DNA of 32,000 bases from Mycolicibacterium smegmatis (GTDB taxonomy: Bacteria; Actinomycetota; Actinomycetes; Mycobacteriales; Mycobacteriaceae), in the NCBI RefSeq assembly GCF_001457595.1, contig NZ_LN831039.1, positions 4,980,001 through 5,012,000 of the forward strand, read 5' to 3'. The notes beneath the pieces are model-generated. The model saw nothing but the letters and a program-made list of their open reading frames with translations. It was not told where the DNA came from and did no database searches. The position numbers and the translations under genes were made by a program. Shown here piece by piece: positions 9,243 through 18,580 of this stretch; the first letter of the stretch is position 1; each line of letters begins with the position of its first letter.

Positions 9243-10544
9243 ATGGCCACGTCGACGGGGGTGCGGGTATCCCCGCTTCGCGTCGCGGTCGCGAGCTTCA
9301 TCGGGACCACGGTCGAGTTCTACGACTTCCTGATCTACGGGACCGCGGCCGCGCTCGTCTTCCCCAAGCTGTTCTTCCCACAGGCCTCGCCCGCGGCGGG
9401 CATTCTCCTGTCGTTCGCGACATTCGGCGTCGGGTTCATCGCCCGACCGCTCGGCGGCATCGTGTTCGGGCATTTCGGCGACCGCATCGGCCGCAAGCGC
9501 ATGCTCGTGTACTCCCTTGTCGGCATGGGTGTCTCGACCGTGCTGATCGGCCTGCTGCCCACCTACGCCCAGATCGGGCTGGCGGCCCCGGTCCTGCTGA
9601 CCGTGCTGCGCCTGTGCCAGGGCTTCGCAGTCGGCGGCGAATGGGGCGGCGCGACGCTCATGGCCGTCGAGCACGCGAGCGCCGACCGGCGTGGTTTCTA
9701 CGGCGCCTTCCCCCAGATGGGCGCCCCGGCAGGCACGGCGTCGGCGACGCTGGCGTTCTTTTTGGCCTCGCAACTGCCCGACGCGCAGTTCCTCGCGTGG
9801 GGGTGGCGGCTGCCGTTCCTGTTCAGCGCCGTGCTGATCGTGATCGGTCTGGTGATCCGGCTCAAGCTGACCGAGAGCCCCGAGTTCTCCGCGGTGGTGC
9901 AGAACTCGGCGGTACGGCGGATGCCGATCGTCGAGGCGTTCCGCAGGCACTGGCGCCAGATCGTGCTGGTGGCGGGCGCCTACCTGTCCCAGGGGGTGTT
10001 CGCCTACATCTGCGTGGCCTACCTGGTGTCCTATGCCACCACCGCCGCCGGGATCGACCGCACCGCCGCACTTTTCGCTGTCTTCGTCGCCGCGCTGGTG
10101 GCCGTGGCGGCCTACCCGGCCTTCGGCGCGTGGTCGGATGCGGTGGGCCGCAAACGTCTGTTCCTGGTCGGCGTGGTCCTCATGGCGGCCTCGGTGTTCC
10201 CGGTCTTCGCGCTGATCGACACCGGCAGCGCGCTGCTGTTCGGCGTCGCGCTGGTCCTGGTGTTCGGCCTGGCGATGGCCCCGGCCGCCGGCGTGACAGG
10301 CGCGCTGTTCAGCCTCGCCTTCGACGCCGACGTCCGGTACAGCGGGGTGTCGATCGGTTACACGCTGTCACAGGTCGTCGGGTCGGCGTTCGCGCCGACG
10401 ATCGCCGCAGCGCTGTACGCCGCGACGCAATCCAGTGACTCGATCGCGTGGTATCTGGTTGCCGTGTCGGCGATCTCGGTGGTCGCCGGTACGCTGCTGC
10501 CGTCTGACCGCAGCGCACCAGAGGCCGCGGTGGTGAAGGGCTAG
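9243..10544 (+). CDS. MFS transporter, metabolite:H+ symporter (MHS/ShiA-like) family
   Basis: ASFIGTTVEFYDFLIYGTAAALVFPKLFFP...IARPLGGIVFGHFGDRIGRKRMLVYSL with multiple TM segments. Confidence 0.94.
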   Translation: MATSTGVRVSPLRVAVASFIGTTVEFYDFLIYGTAAALVFPKLFFPQASPAAGILLSFATFGVGFIARPLGGIVFGHFGDRIGRKRMLVYSLVGMGVSTVLIGLLPTYAQIGLAAPVLLTVLRLCQGFAVGGEWGGATLMAVEHASADRRGFYGAFPQMGAPAGTASATLAFFLASQLPDAQFLAWGWRLPFLFSAVLIVIGLVIRLKLTESPEFSAVVQNSAVRRMPIVEAFRRHWRQIVLVAGAYLSQGVFAYICVAYLVSYATTAAGIDRTAALFAVFVAALVAVAAYPAFGAWSDAVGRKRLFLVGVVLMAASVFPVFALIDTGSALLFGVALVLVFGLAMAPAAGVTGALFSLAFDADVRYSGVSIGYTLSQVVGSAFAPTIAAALYAATQSSDSIAWYLVAVSAISVVAGTLLPSDRSAPEAAVVKG

Positions 10545-11617
10545 GCGGTCAGATCCGCGAGCGCCTCGGCGGTCTGCAGATCCTCGTACGCCGCCGAATA
10601 GCGTTGCGCGAGCGCCAGCGCGATGTCGGGACGCTGCCACAACTCCCCCGCGCTCGCGGTCGCGAGCCACGTCATGAGCCCATGTGCGACCGACGCGCGG
10701 TACCGCAACCAGATCTGTTCCAGCGAGGGCTTTTCCGCGTCGGGTAACTCGAGCGCGTCAGAATATTCCTGCAACAGCTCCCGCTCGGCGATGCGCCTGT
10801 CCTCCGTACGCAGGGCGCCCTGCAGGAAGTACCCGAGATCCACCGCGAAGTTCCCGCGGCGCGCGACCTGCCAGTCGAGGAATCCGACGTCACCGTCGGG
10901 CGTGAGGTAGGTGTTGCCGATGTGCGCGTCGCCGTGCAGCAGGGTCTGCGGTTCCGACGACGCGGTGAGGCAGCGGATGTAGGGCTTCCAGACGCCCTCG
11001 ACGAGGTGGTCGATGGTCAGCGCCTGTACCGACGGCGGCGCGTCGTCACCGAGTCGCTCGAGCGCGGCCGGCAGCGGCGCCCACTGCATCCCGTCCCACG
11101 GTTCGAACGGTTCGAGCCACGCCAGCGTGGGGTGTCGAAGCCGCTCACCCCAGAACTGCCCGTGCAGGCGCGCGAGCGCACGCACGCCGTTGGCGGCCTG
11201 GTCGACGGTCAGCGGCCGCGTCGCGTCGCGCGGGTCCGCACCGCGGGCGGTGAGGTCTTCCATGACGAGCACGAACTCCTCGTCGGCCTCGTCGATCGCC
11301 GCCGCGTACACCGTCGGATGTTCCAGCGGCAGCGCCACATCCGAGTTGAACAGCCGCGGCTCGTGCAGCAGGCCGCTGGTCATCTTGATCATCGCCTTGT
11401 GGTCGGGGTCCACGGCCTTGACGAACAGCGTGGCGGGCCCGGCAGGCCCGGGACGGTACGTCACGGCGAGTCGCGCCCGCCGGTTCGTGCCGTCGTCGCG
11501 CATGTCGACGCCGACACCCTCGACCACGGCGCCGGGATGGTGCGTTGCGAGCGCGGCCGTGAGCCACTGCGGGGTGATCTCGGTCCAGTCCCGGGGAACC
11601 GTGAGCGCCGCGGTCAT
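10541..11617 (-). CDS. Aminoglycoside phosphotransferase-like (APH/choline kinase fold) protein
   Basis: MTAALTVPRDWTEITPQWLTAALATHHPG...TLLHGDAHIGNTYLTPDGDVGFLDWQVARRGNFAVDLGYFL. It has the HGDxHxxN and DWQ kinase motifs. Confidence 0.92.
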   Translation of the reverse strand: MTAALTVPRDWTEITPQWLTAALATHHPGAVVEGVGVDMRDDGTNRRARLAVTYRPGPAGPATLFVKAVDPDHKAMIKMTSGLLHEPRLFNSDVALPLEHPTVYAAAIDEADEEFVLVMEDLTARGADPRDATRPLTVDQAANGVRALARLHGQFWGERLRHPTLAWLEPFEPWDGMQWAPLPAALERLGDDAPPSVQALTIDHLVEGVWKPYIRCLTASSEPQTLLHGDAHIGNTYLTPDGDVGFLDWQVARRGNFAVDLGYFLQGALRTEDRRIAERELLQEYSDALELPDAEKPSLEQIWLRYRASVAHGLMTWLATASAGELWQRPDIALALAQRYSAAYEDLQTAEALADLTA

Positions 11618-12816
11618 CGGACGATCACCGGCAGCGAGTCCCAGCCCCGCACCGTGGAGGTGGGCGAGAGCTCGGCGCTCGCGAGGTCGACGTCCCACTC
11701 GGGGAATCGCTTGAGGATCTCCTCGAGTGCGACGCGGCCCTCGAGGCGGGCCAGCGCCGAGCCCAGGCAGAAGTGGGTGCCGACGCTGAACGCCAGGTGC
11801 TGACGCGGCGCGCGATTGATGTCGAAAACCTCGCCGTCGGGCGGGAACTGGCGACTGTCACGCACCGCCGCGCCGATCAGCAGCATCATCACGCTGCCCT
11901 CGGGGACCGTCCGGCCGTGGTACTCGACGTCGCGCGTGACGTACCGGGCCACGTGCGGGGCGGGCGGCTCGAACCGCAGGATCTCTTCGATGGCCTGCGG
12001 GATCAGGGCGGGGTTCTCGACGAGTTGACGGCGCTGGTCGGGGTGTTCGGCGAGTGTCTTTGCGGCCCAGCCGATCAGCCGCGTGGTGGTCTCGTTGCCC
12101 GCACCGGCGACGACGTTGATGTAGATCAGCAGTTCCTCGCGCGTGAGGTTGCGGGTGACACCGTGCTCATCGGTGAACTCGACGTTGAGCAACTCGGTCA
12201 TGATGTCGTCGGACGGGTTGTCCTTGCGCCAGTCGATGTACGCCTCGAAGATCGACCCGTCGACCAGACCCTCCTCGGCGGCCTTCATGGGCTTGCCCGC
12301 CTCGGTGCGCATCTGCGCGTTGCCGTGGTCGCGGATCTTCTCCTGGTCCTCCTCGGGGATCCCCAGCAGCGCGCTGATCACCCGCATGGGCATGATCGCG
12401 CCGAAATCCTTGATGATGTCGAACCTCTCGGCGCCGGCGACAGCGTCGAGGCTCTGCGCGCAGAACTCCCGGATCTTGGGTTCGAGCGCGTTGATCTTGC
12501 GGGGCGTGAACATGCGTGAGAGCAGCTTGCGGTGCGCGGTGTGGATCGGTGGATCCTCGAAGATCAGTGCGCCCGAGGGTATCTCGATGTTGGCCTTGAT
12601 CAGCTCGACGATCGCGCCACGTGCCGAGCTGAAGGTCTCGTGGTCGATGAGTGCCTTGTTGACGTCGCTGAACCGGCTCAGCGCGTAGAAGTCGAACTGC
12701 TCGTTGTAGTACAGCGGCGCCTCTTCGCGCAGCCGGGCGAACGTCGGGTACGGGTCGGCGTTGATCGCGACGTCGTACGGATCGAAGTACACGTTCTGGG
12801 TAGCGCTCGCTGTCAC
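11614..12816 (-). CDS. Cytochrome P450
   Basis: AGAGNETTTRLIGWAAKTLAEHP (I-helix), EEILRFEPP (ExxR), and FSVGTHFCLGSALARLE (heme-binding Cys loop; written FSVGTHFCLGSAL in the ORF). Confidence 0.97.
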   Translation of the reverse strand: MTASATQNVYFDPYDVAINADPYPTFARLREEAPLYYNEQFDFYALSRFSDVNKALIDHETFSSARGAIVELIKANIEIPSGALIFEDPPIHTAHRKLLSRMFTPRKINALEPKIREFCAQSLDAVAGAERFDIIKDFGAIMPMRVISALLGIPEEDQEKIRDHGNAQMRTEAGKPMKAAEEGLVDGSIFEAYIDWRKDNPSDDIMTELLNVEFTDEHGVTRNLTREELLIYINVVAGAGNETTTRLIGWAAKTLAEHPDQRRQLVENPALIPQAIEEILRFEPPAPHVARYVTRDVEYHGRTVPEGSVMMLLIGAAVRDSRQFPPDGEVFDINRAPRQHLAFSVGTHFCLGSALARLEGRVALEEILKRFPEWDVDLASAELSPTSTVRGWDSLPVIVR

Positions 12817-12845
12817 GGAAACCCACCTCTCTGTGATCGAGAACG

Positions 12846-12871
12846 GAGTTTACACAGCGGTGGTTATGCGC
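12846..12871 (-). promoter_or_regulatory. Shared promoter/operator element, copy upstream of the P450
   Basis: GAGTTTACACAGCGGTGGTTATGCGC closely matches 15273-15297 (GAGTTTACCGCTGACGGTTATGCGC). The minus strand contains a TAAACT -10-like hexamer. Confidence 0.6.
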
Positions 12872-12921
12872 GTAAGTGAACGGCGAGATCGATGCCGGGA
12901 CGCCCCCTGAAGCGACGCCGA

Positions 12922-13923
12922 TCAGGTTGAATCGCGCACGATCAGCGTCGCGACGTCGATGTCGCTCGGATCCGAGTCGGTCGGGTAGCCGAGCTCCGAC
13001 ATCATCGCCGCGACCGCGACGTCGACGATCGCCTTGGCGTCGAACGAGACCGAGGTGAGCGGCGGCGCGCTCACCGCGCCGAGTTCGATCGCGTTGACCC
13101 CCATCACCGCCATGTCCCGCGGGCAGCGCAGGCCCGCGTTGCGCAGACCGTGCAGCACCACGAAGGCCGTCTCGTCGCTCTGCGCGCAGATCGCCGTGAC
13201 GCCCGTGTCGGCCCACCGGGTCACGACGTCGGCCGCGTTGGATCCGTCGGACGCGACGCTCGCGACCGCGATCTCGGGCAACCCGCGCTTCTGCGCGGCC
13301 GCGTGCAGACCCGCGAGCCAGTAGTCGCCGAGCGGGCGCAGTTGCTCGTCGGTGGTGTAGGCGAACGCCAGCCGTGTGTGCCCACGCGAGGCCAGGTGCT
13401 CGACGCGCATCTCCCCGATGCTGCGGTCGAGCGCACCGATCGCGTGCAACTGTGAACTGCCCAGGTGGATCTGGGGTATGCCGGCCGCCGTCGCGGCTGC
13501 CAGGGCGTTGCCGGTCAGGGGGAACGTGCTGGTGATGGCCATCGGGTTGAGGTCGGCGATCGCGTCGACGACGTTGCGGTCGTCGTCGGTCTCGAACTGC
13601 AGCGACAACACGATGCCGTGCCGGGCGAGTGCGGTGGTGAGCCGGCTGCCGACCTCGATGGGGAGGTTGCCCAGCGACAGCCGCCCGACGATGTAGAGCA
13701 CCACGCCGCTGCCCCCGGACGCGAGATTGCGTGCCGCGAGGTTGGGCCGGTATCCGAGTTCGGCCGCGGCACGGCGCACGGCCTCCTGCGTCTGCTCCGA
13801 GATCCGCTGGCCCGGAACGTTGTTGAGGACATAACTGACCGTGGCGGTCGAGACGTTGGCGAGCCTGGCGACGTCGGCTTTGGTCGGGCGTACGGTAGGT
13901 CGGCTCGGTCTGCCTTGGCTCAC
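12922..13923 (-). CDS. LacI-family transcriptional regulator
   Basis: GTG start; [57 protein letters not shown] (LacI HTH and hinge) followed by a periplasmic-binding-like domain. Confidence 0.96.
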   Translation of the reverse strand: MSQGRPSRPTVRPTKADVARLANVSTATVSYVLNNVPGQRISEQTQEAVRRAAAELGYRPNLAARNLASGGSGVVLYIVGRLSLGNLPIEVGSRLTTALARHGIVLSLQFETDDDRNVVDAIADLNPMAITSTFPLTGNALAAATAAGIPQIHLGSSQLHAIGALDRSIGEMRVEHLASRGHTRLAFAYTTDEQLRPLGDYWLAGLHAAAQKRGLPEIAVASVASDGSNAADVVTRWADTGVTAICAQSDETAFVVLHGLRNAGLRCPRDMAVMGVNAIELGAVSAPPLTSVSFDAKAIVDVAVAAMMSELGYPTDSDPSDIDVATLIVRDST

Positions 13924-15242
13924 GATGTCATCGTGGCACGCTGCGCGTCGTCTGCGTGGTCGGTCGGCAGCGGACGTCCCGCGTTCTCGGTGAGGGTGAG
14001 CACCGCGGCGACCGAGACGACGGCCGCGACGATGAGATACAGCGCGGGCGCGTGGTGGTTGCCGGTGGCCGCGGTGAGCCAGGTGACGACGTACGGCGTC
14101 GTCCCGCCGAACACCGCGACCGAGATGTTGTAGCCGATCGAGAAGCCGCTGTAGCGCACGCGCGTGGTGAACAGCTCGACGCCGGCGCTGACCGCGGTTG
14201 CGACGTACGTCGATTCGATGGCCGCGAGCAGGCAGTGCCCGACGATCGCGGCGGCCACCGACCCGGATGTCATGAGCAGGAACAGCGGGTATGCCAGCAC
14301 CACGAACCCGATCGAGCCGGCCAGCAGCAGCGGTTTGCGCCCCACCCGGTCCGACAGCGCGGCCAGCGGCAGGATCAGTACAAGGGCCGTGAGGCTCGCG
14401 AGCGTGATCGACACGAACGACTCGGTCTTGCTGAACTCCAGCGTCTTGATGAAGTAGGTGGGGATGAACGTGAACACCACGTAGTAGCCCACGTTGAAGA
14501 CGATGAACATGCCGATGACCTGCAGGATCGGTTTCCGGGCGGTGCGGAGCGCCTCGCGCAGCGGGGATTTGGCGACGCGGTCGGCCGCGTCGAGCTTCTC
14601 GAACTCGGGGGTGTCGTCGAGACGCAGCCGGATGTAGAGGCCGACCAGCCCCAGCGGTGCGGCGATGAGGAACGGGATGCGCCATCCGTAGGTGTCCATG
14701 GCCTCCGGTGGCAGCAGCGCGGCCAGCACGGTCACGGTGATCGAGCCGAGCAGGAACCCGAGCACGCCGGACCAGGCGATGAACGTGACGGTCAGCCCAC
14801 GGCGGCGTTGTGTCGCGTATTCCGCGAGATACACCGCGCCGCCGCCGTATTCACCGCCGGCGGAGAATCCCTGCAGGCAGCGCAGCAGCAACAGCAGCAG
14901 CGGCGCCACGACGCCGATCGTGCTGTAGGTGGGCAGCAGGCCGATGCCGAGGGTCGCGGCCGACATCAGCAGGATCACGATCGCGAGGACCCGCTGGCGT
15001 CCCAGGCGGTCACCCAGCGGTCCGAAGACAAAGCCGCCGAGGGGACGCATGAAGAACGCAGCGGCGAAGATCGCGAAAGTGTTGAGCAGTGCGGCGGTTT
15101 CGTCGCCCGCCGGGAAGAAGTTCGCGGCGATGGAGGTCGCGAGGAAGCCGTAGATGGCGAAGTCGAACCATTCCACGGCGTTGCCGATCGATGCGCCCAT
15201 GACGGCTCTGCGCACTGCGGTCTCACGGTCTGTGACTGCCAT
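13920..15242 (-). CDS. MFS transporter, MHS (proline/betaine-type) family
   Basis: [44 protein letters not shown]...[24 protein letters not shown]. The longer ORF start at 15356 is not supported. Confidence 0.95.
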   Translation of the reverse strand: MAVTDRETAVRRAVMGASIGNAVEWFDFAIYGFLATSIAANFFPAGDETAALLNTFAIFAAAFFMRPLGGFVFGPLGDRLGRQRVLAIVILLMSAATLGIGLLPTYSTIGVVAPLLLLLLRCLQGFSAGGEYGGGAVYLAEYATQRRRGLTVTFIAWSGVLGFLLGSITVTVLAALLPPEAMDTYGWRIPFLIAAPLGLVGLYIRLRLDDTPEFEKLDAADRVAKSPLREALRTARKPILQVIGMFIVFNVGYYVVFTFIPTYFIKTLEFSKTESFVSITLASLTALVLILPLAALSDRVGRKPLLLAGSIGFVVLAYPLFLLMTSGSVAAAIVGHCLLAAIESTYVATAVSAGVELFTTRVRYSGFSIGYNISVAVFGGTTPYVVTWLTAATGNHHAPALYLIVAAVVSVAAVLTLTENAGRPLPTDHADDAQRATMTS

Positions 15243-15272
15243 TGGAAACCCGCCTCTCCTGATGCGAGAAGC

Positions 15273-15297
15273 GAGTTTACCGCTGACGGTTATGCGC
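15273..15297 (-). promoter_or_regulatory. Shared promoter/operator element, copy upstream of the MFS-lacI operon
   Basis: GAGTTTACCGCTGACGGTTATGCGC, closely matching 12846-12871 and at a similar distance from the start codon. Confidence 0.6.
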
Positions 15298-15328
15298 TTG
15301 AGCGCGTTGGCGAGACCGGCCGGAAAAC

Positions 15329-15369
15329 CACAAGCGGCCGGATGCCATGAGGGCATCCGGCCGCTTGTG
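15329..15369 (-). terminator. Strong intrinsic-type terminator hairpin downstream of ahpCD
   Basis: Perfect 18 bp stem CACAAGCGGCCGGATGCC / GGCATCCGGCCGCTTGTG with a 5 nt loop. It is followed on the minus strand by GTTTTCC and lies just past the ahpD stop (15381). Confidence 0.85.
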
Positions 15370-15380
15370 CAGTGGTCGTA

Positions 15381-15914
15381 CTAGACCGCGGCGAGGGTGT
15401 CCGCGGTGAGCAGCGCCTGAGCGACACCGGAGACGATCGACGCGAGGCGGATCGCCTCGAAGATCGTCGTGCGCGCGACATCCGCGTCACGCAGCGTCTT
15501 CTCGTGCGCGGCAAGGCAGTGACCACAGCCGTTGATCGCCGAAACCGCCAGCGACCACAGCTCGAAGTCCTCCTTGGCGACACCGGGGTTGCCGATGATG
15601 TTCATCCGCAGGCCGGCGCGAAGGTCGTCGTACTTGCCGTCGAGCTGCCCCTTGGTGCGGTAGAAGACGTTGTTCATCCCCATGATCGCGGCCGCGCCGA
15701 GAGCGGCGTTGTAGGCCTCTTCACTGAGGATGTCGAGCGCGTCCTCCGAGATCTCACGCAGCAGCCGCGCGTTCTTGGTGGCGGCCGCGGTGGCGACCAG
15801 CGCGCCCCACAACTGCTGCTCGGTGAGCTCGGTCGTGTTGGCGATGCTGCCCAGGTTGAGCTTGAGATCCTTGGCGTACTCGGGCAGGGCCGACTTGATG
15901 TTGTCGATGCTCAT
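15381..15914 (-). CDS. ahpD: Alkyl hydroperoxide reductase AhpD
   Basis: [52 protein letters not shown]...[24 protein letters not shown] (CxxC/H motif). Confidence 0.98.
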   Translation of the reverse strand: MSIDNIKSALPEYAKDLKLNLGSIANTTELTEQQLWGALVATAAATKNARLLREISEDALDILSEEAYNAALGAAAIMGMNNVFYRTKGQLDGKYDDLRAGLRMNIIGNPGVAKEDFELWSLAVSAINGCGHCLAAHEKTLRDADVARTTIFEAIRLASIVSGVAQALLTADTLAAV

Positions 15915-15917
15915 GGA

Positions 15918-16505
15918 TCACACCGCCCCAGCCAGCAGCTCGCCTGCGTTGATCGTCGGATCGCCCTTCTTCCAGTTGCACGCGCACAGTTCGTCGGACT
16001 GCAGCGCGTCGAGCACGCGCAGCACCTCGTCGACGTTGCGGCCCACCGAGCCCGCGGTCACCGACACGAACTGGACCTCGTTGTTGGGGTCGACGATGAA
16101 GGTCGCGCGGTCGGCGACACCGTCGGCGTTGAGCACGCCGCACGCGGCGGTCAGCTCACGCTTGAGATCCGAGACCATCGGGAAGGGCAGGGTCTTGAGG
16201 TCCTCGTGCTGTGCACGCCACTGGAAGTGGACGAACTCGTTGTCCACCGACACACCGAGCACCTTGGCGTCGCGGTCCTCGAAGTCCTCGTTCAGCTTGC
16301 CGAAGGCCGCGATCTCCGTCGGGCACACGAACGTGAAGTCCTTGGGCCAGAAGAAGATGATGCGCCACTTGCCCTCGTAATCCTTGCTGGTGACGCGGGT
16401 GAAGTAGTCATCGGGCTGCTTGGCGTCAACCTTGGACAGATCGCCGCCAACCACAGCGGTCAGGTCGTACTCCGGAAACTGGTCACCGATCGTCAAAAGA
16501 GCCAT
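15918..16505 (-). CDS. ahpC: Alkyl hydroperoxide reductase subunit C (peroxiredoxin)
   Basis: MALLTIGDQFPEYDLTAVVG...KWRIIFFWPKDFTFVCPTEIAAFG...RNVDEVLRVLDALQSDELCACNWKKGDPTI. Confidence 0.98.
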   Translation of the reverse strand: MALLTIGDQFPEYDLTAVVGGDLSKVDAKQPDDYFTRVTSKDYEGKWRIIFFWPKDFTFVCPTEIAAFGKLNEDFEDRDAKVLGVSVDNEFVHFQWRAQHEDLKTLPFPMVSDLKRELTAACGVLNADGVADRATFIVDPNNEVQFVSVTAGSVGRNVDEVLRVLDALQSDELCACNWKKGDPTINAGELLAGAV

Positions 16506-16535
16506 TCACAGCATCCCATCTACGTGTTCTTGTTT

Positions 16536-16552
16536 TCTGGAATGATTCCAGA
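16536..16552. promoter_or_regulatory. Perfect inverted repeat upstream of ahpC
   Basis: TCTGGAAT-G-ATTCCAGA, 17 bp, 31 bp upstream of the ahpC start codon. Confidence 0.7.
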
Positions 16553-17094
16553 TTTACACCACGATTCTGGTCGCGCCCTCTTACAAATGCAACTTTGCTG
16601 AGCCGTGATTCTCCACACCGCCGCTCACGTCGTGCGACGGGCATCACATCCCGAAACGCACGGATCTCCCGCGCGCGGGACGCGGCGACCGAACGCGCCG
16701 CGGATGCGGTCTGCCGACCCCGACGCCCCGAGGAGACGAACGCGCCGACAGGTCCGGCAGAACCGTACGTGACGGCCGTCGGGACATTCAAATCGCATCC
16801 GCGCACCGCTGCGCACCCGGGTGTCCGGCCAACCCCACCCGAGCCGTCAGACCCGGGAATCCAATTGCAGGACACAAGAGTTCGATTCCAGTCACGACAC
16901 CGCCCCAGAAGCGGGGAACCGCGCGGTTGCGCGGGCCGACCGGTCCGCGACACCTCGGCCTGACCACAGCCCCACACACGGCGAGACCGCCGGCGGACTC
17001 ACGGCGTGGCACCTGCGGGCGCCACCACCTGGACCCGGCACCGCCCGGTGCGGCGATGTCTTGAGCGCACCCCGTCGGAGCAGGTAATACTTGC

Positions 17095-18564
17095 ATGAAT
17101 GTGGACGTCGGAAGGCGGATGGTGGCGAGGGTTTGCTGGGGAGCCTTCCTTGCGGTATGTGCGATCACGCTGGCCGGGTGCAGCAGCGACCCGGTGATCG
17201 CCGGGCGGGCGACGTCGATGCTGTTCGTCCCCGACCGCGTCGGCGGGCTGCAGGTGACCGAGGGCCCGAGCGGCACCCGGCCTGACGCCCCCGCCCCCAG
17301 ACGCCAGGCCGAGAACACCGACGGCGGCCAGATCGACAACCTGGCACTGCTCGCGGTCGACGACATCGAAGATTTCTGGTCGCAGAACTATTCGGGCGGA
17401 TCGCTGCGCGGTTCGTTCACGCCGATCCGCCGCCTGGTGTCCTACAACTCCGACCAGTCCCCCGGCATCGAGATCTGCGGTGAGGACACCGAAGGCCTCA
17501 CCAACGCGTTCTACTGCTTCAACGACGACGTCATGGCCTGGGACCGCGGCGTCGCGATCCCGGTGGCCGCACAGTATTTCGGCCAGATGGGCGTGGTCGG
17601 CGTGATGGCCCACGAATACGGCCACGCCGTGCAGCATCAGGCCGGGCTGATCGACACCCGGTCGACGCCCGTGCTAATCGCCGAACAACAGGCCGACTGC
17701 TTCGCCGGGGTCTACCTGCGCTGGGTCGCGGCGGGCAATTCACCGCGCTTCGCGCTGAGCACAGGCGACGGTCTCAACCATGTCCTCGCGGGCATCATCT
17801 ACATCCGCGATCCGCTCATGACACAACTCGACGCCGCGCTCACCGGCAACGAACACGGTTCGGCGCTCGACCGCGTGAGCGCCTTCCAGATCGGCTTCAG
17901 CGGCAACGTCGACCAGTGCGCTGCGATCGACATGGACGACATCAAGAAGCGGCGCGGCGACCTTCCCAAGTTCCTCGACGGCGTCGTCGCCGATCCCTCG
18001 GCCGGAAACGACGAGATCACCGAGGACCTGCTCACCGACGTCATGGACTCGCTGGGCCAGATCTTCGCGCCGGCCGACCCGCCGAGCCTGACCATCGGCG
18101 ACGCGTCCGGATGCCCCGACGCGCAACCCACACCGCCTGCGTCGTACTGCCCGGCCACGAACACGATCGTCGTCGACATGCCGGGCCTGCAGGCCCTGGG
18201 CGAGACCAAGACCGAGAACGAGGAACAGGAGCTGCTGCAGGGCGACAACTCCGCGATCTCGGTGCTGACATCGCGCTACGCGCTCGCGGTCGCCCGCGAG
18301 AAGGGCCACGCGATCGACAATCCCGTGGCCGCCATGCGCACGGCGTGCCTCACCGGCGTCGCGCAGGCCGCGATGGCCGAACCCGGTCTGCCCGTGCGCC
18401 TGTCGGCGGGCGACACCGACGAGGCGATCAGCGGGTTGCTGACCAACGGGCTCGCGGCCAGCGACGTCAACGGCGCGTTGCTCCCCGCGGGGTTCACGCG
18501 CATCCTGGGCTACCGATCCGGGCTGCAAGGTGACGATGCGCAGTGCTACCAACGGTTCCCGTGA
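17095..18564 (+). CDS. Putative lipoprotein neutral zinc metallopeptidase (YpfJ-like family)
   Basis: Signal peptide with lipobox (FLAVCAITLAGCSS) and GVVGVMAHEYGHAVQHQAGLI (HExxH), followed by QQADCFAGVYLRW. Confidence 0.9.
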   Translation: MNVDVGRRMVARVCWGAFLAVCAITLAGCSSDPVIAGRATSMLFVPDRVGGLQVTEGPSGTRPDAPAPRRQAENTDGGQIDNLALLAVDDIEDFWSQNYSGGSLRGSFTPIRRLVSYNSDQSPGIEICGEDTEGLTNAFYCFNDDVMAWDRGVAIPVAAQYFGQMGVVGVMAHEYGHAVQHQAGLIDTRSTPVLIAEQQADCFAGVYLRWVAAGNSPRFALSTGDGLNHVLAGIIYIRDPLMTQLDAALTGNEHGSALDRVSAFQIGFSGNVDQCAAIDMDDIKKRRGDLPKFLDGVVADPSAGNDEITEDLLTDVMDSLGQIFAPADPPSLTIGDASGCPDAQPTPPASYCPATNTIVVDMPGLQALGETKTENEEQELLQGDNSAISVLTSRYALAVAREKGHAIDNPVAAMRTACLTGVAQAAMAEPGLPVRLSAGDTDEAISGLLTNGLAASDVNGALLPAGFTRILGYRSGLQGDDAQCYQRFP

Positions 18565-18580
18565 GAGGCCAGGAGAAGTC

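Noticed and set aside
12922-14685. 587 aa minus-strand ORF
   Set aside because: Only the C-terminal 334 aa (from GTG 13923) is the LacI regulator. The upstream extension runs out of frame through the MFS gene.
13956-15350. 464 aa plus-strand ORF
   Set aside because: Antisense to the MFS transporter, with a low-complexity Asp/Arg/Gly/Gln composition.
15372-16601. 409 aa plus-strand ORF
   Set aside because: Exact antisense shadow of ahpD and ahpC, with no recognisable domain.
16850-16915. tRNA-like T-loop sequence GAGTTCGATTCCAG in the ahpC upstream gap
   Set aside because: Flanking bases (AAGAG/CCAGT) do not form a T-stem and I could not fold a matching acceptor or anticodon arm. tRNAscan-SE and Infernal would settle it.
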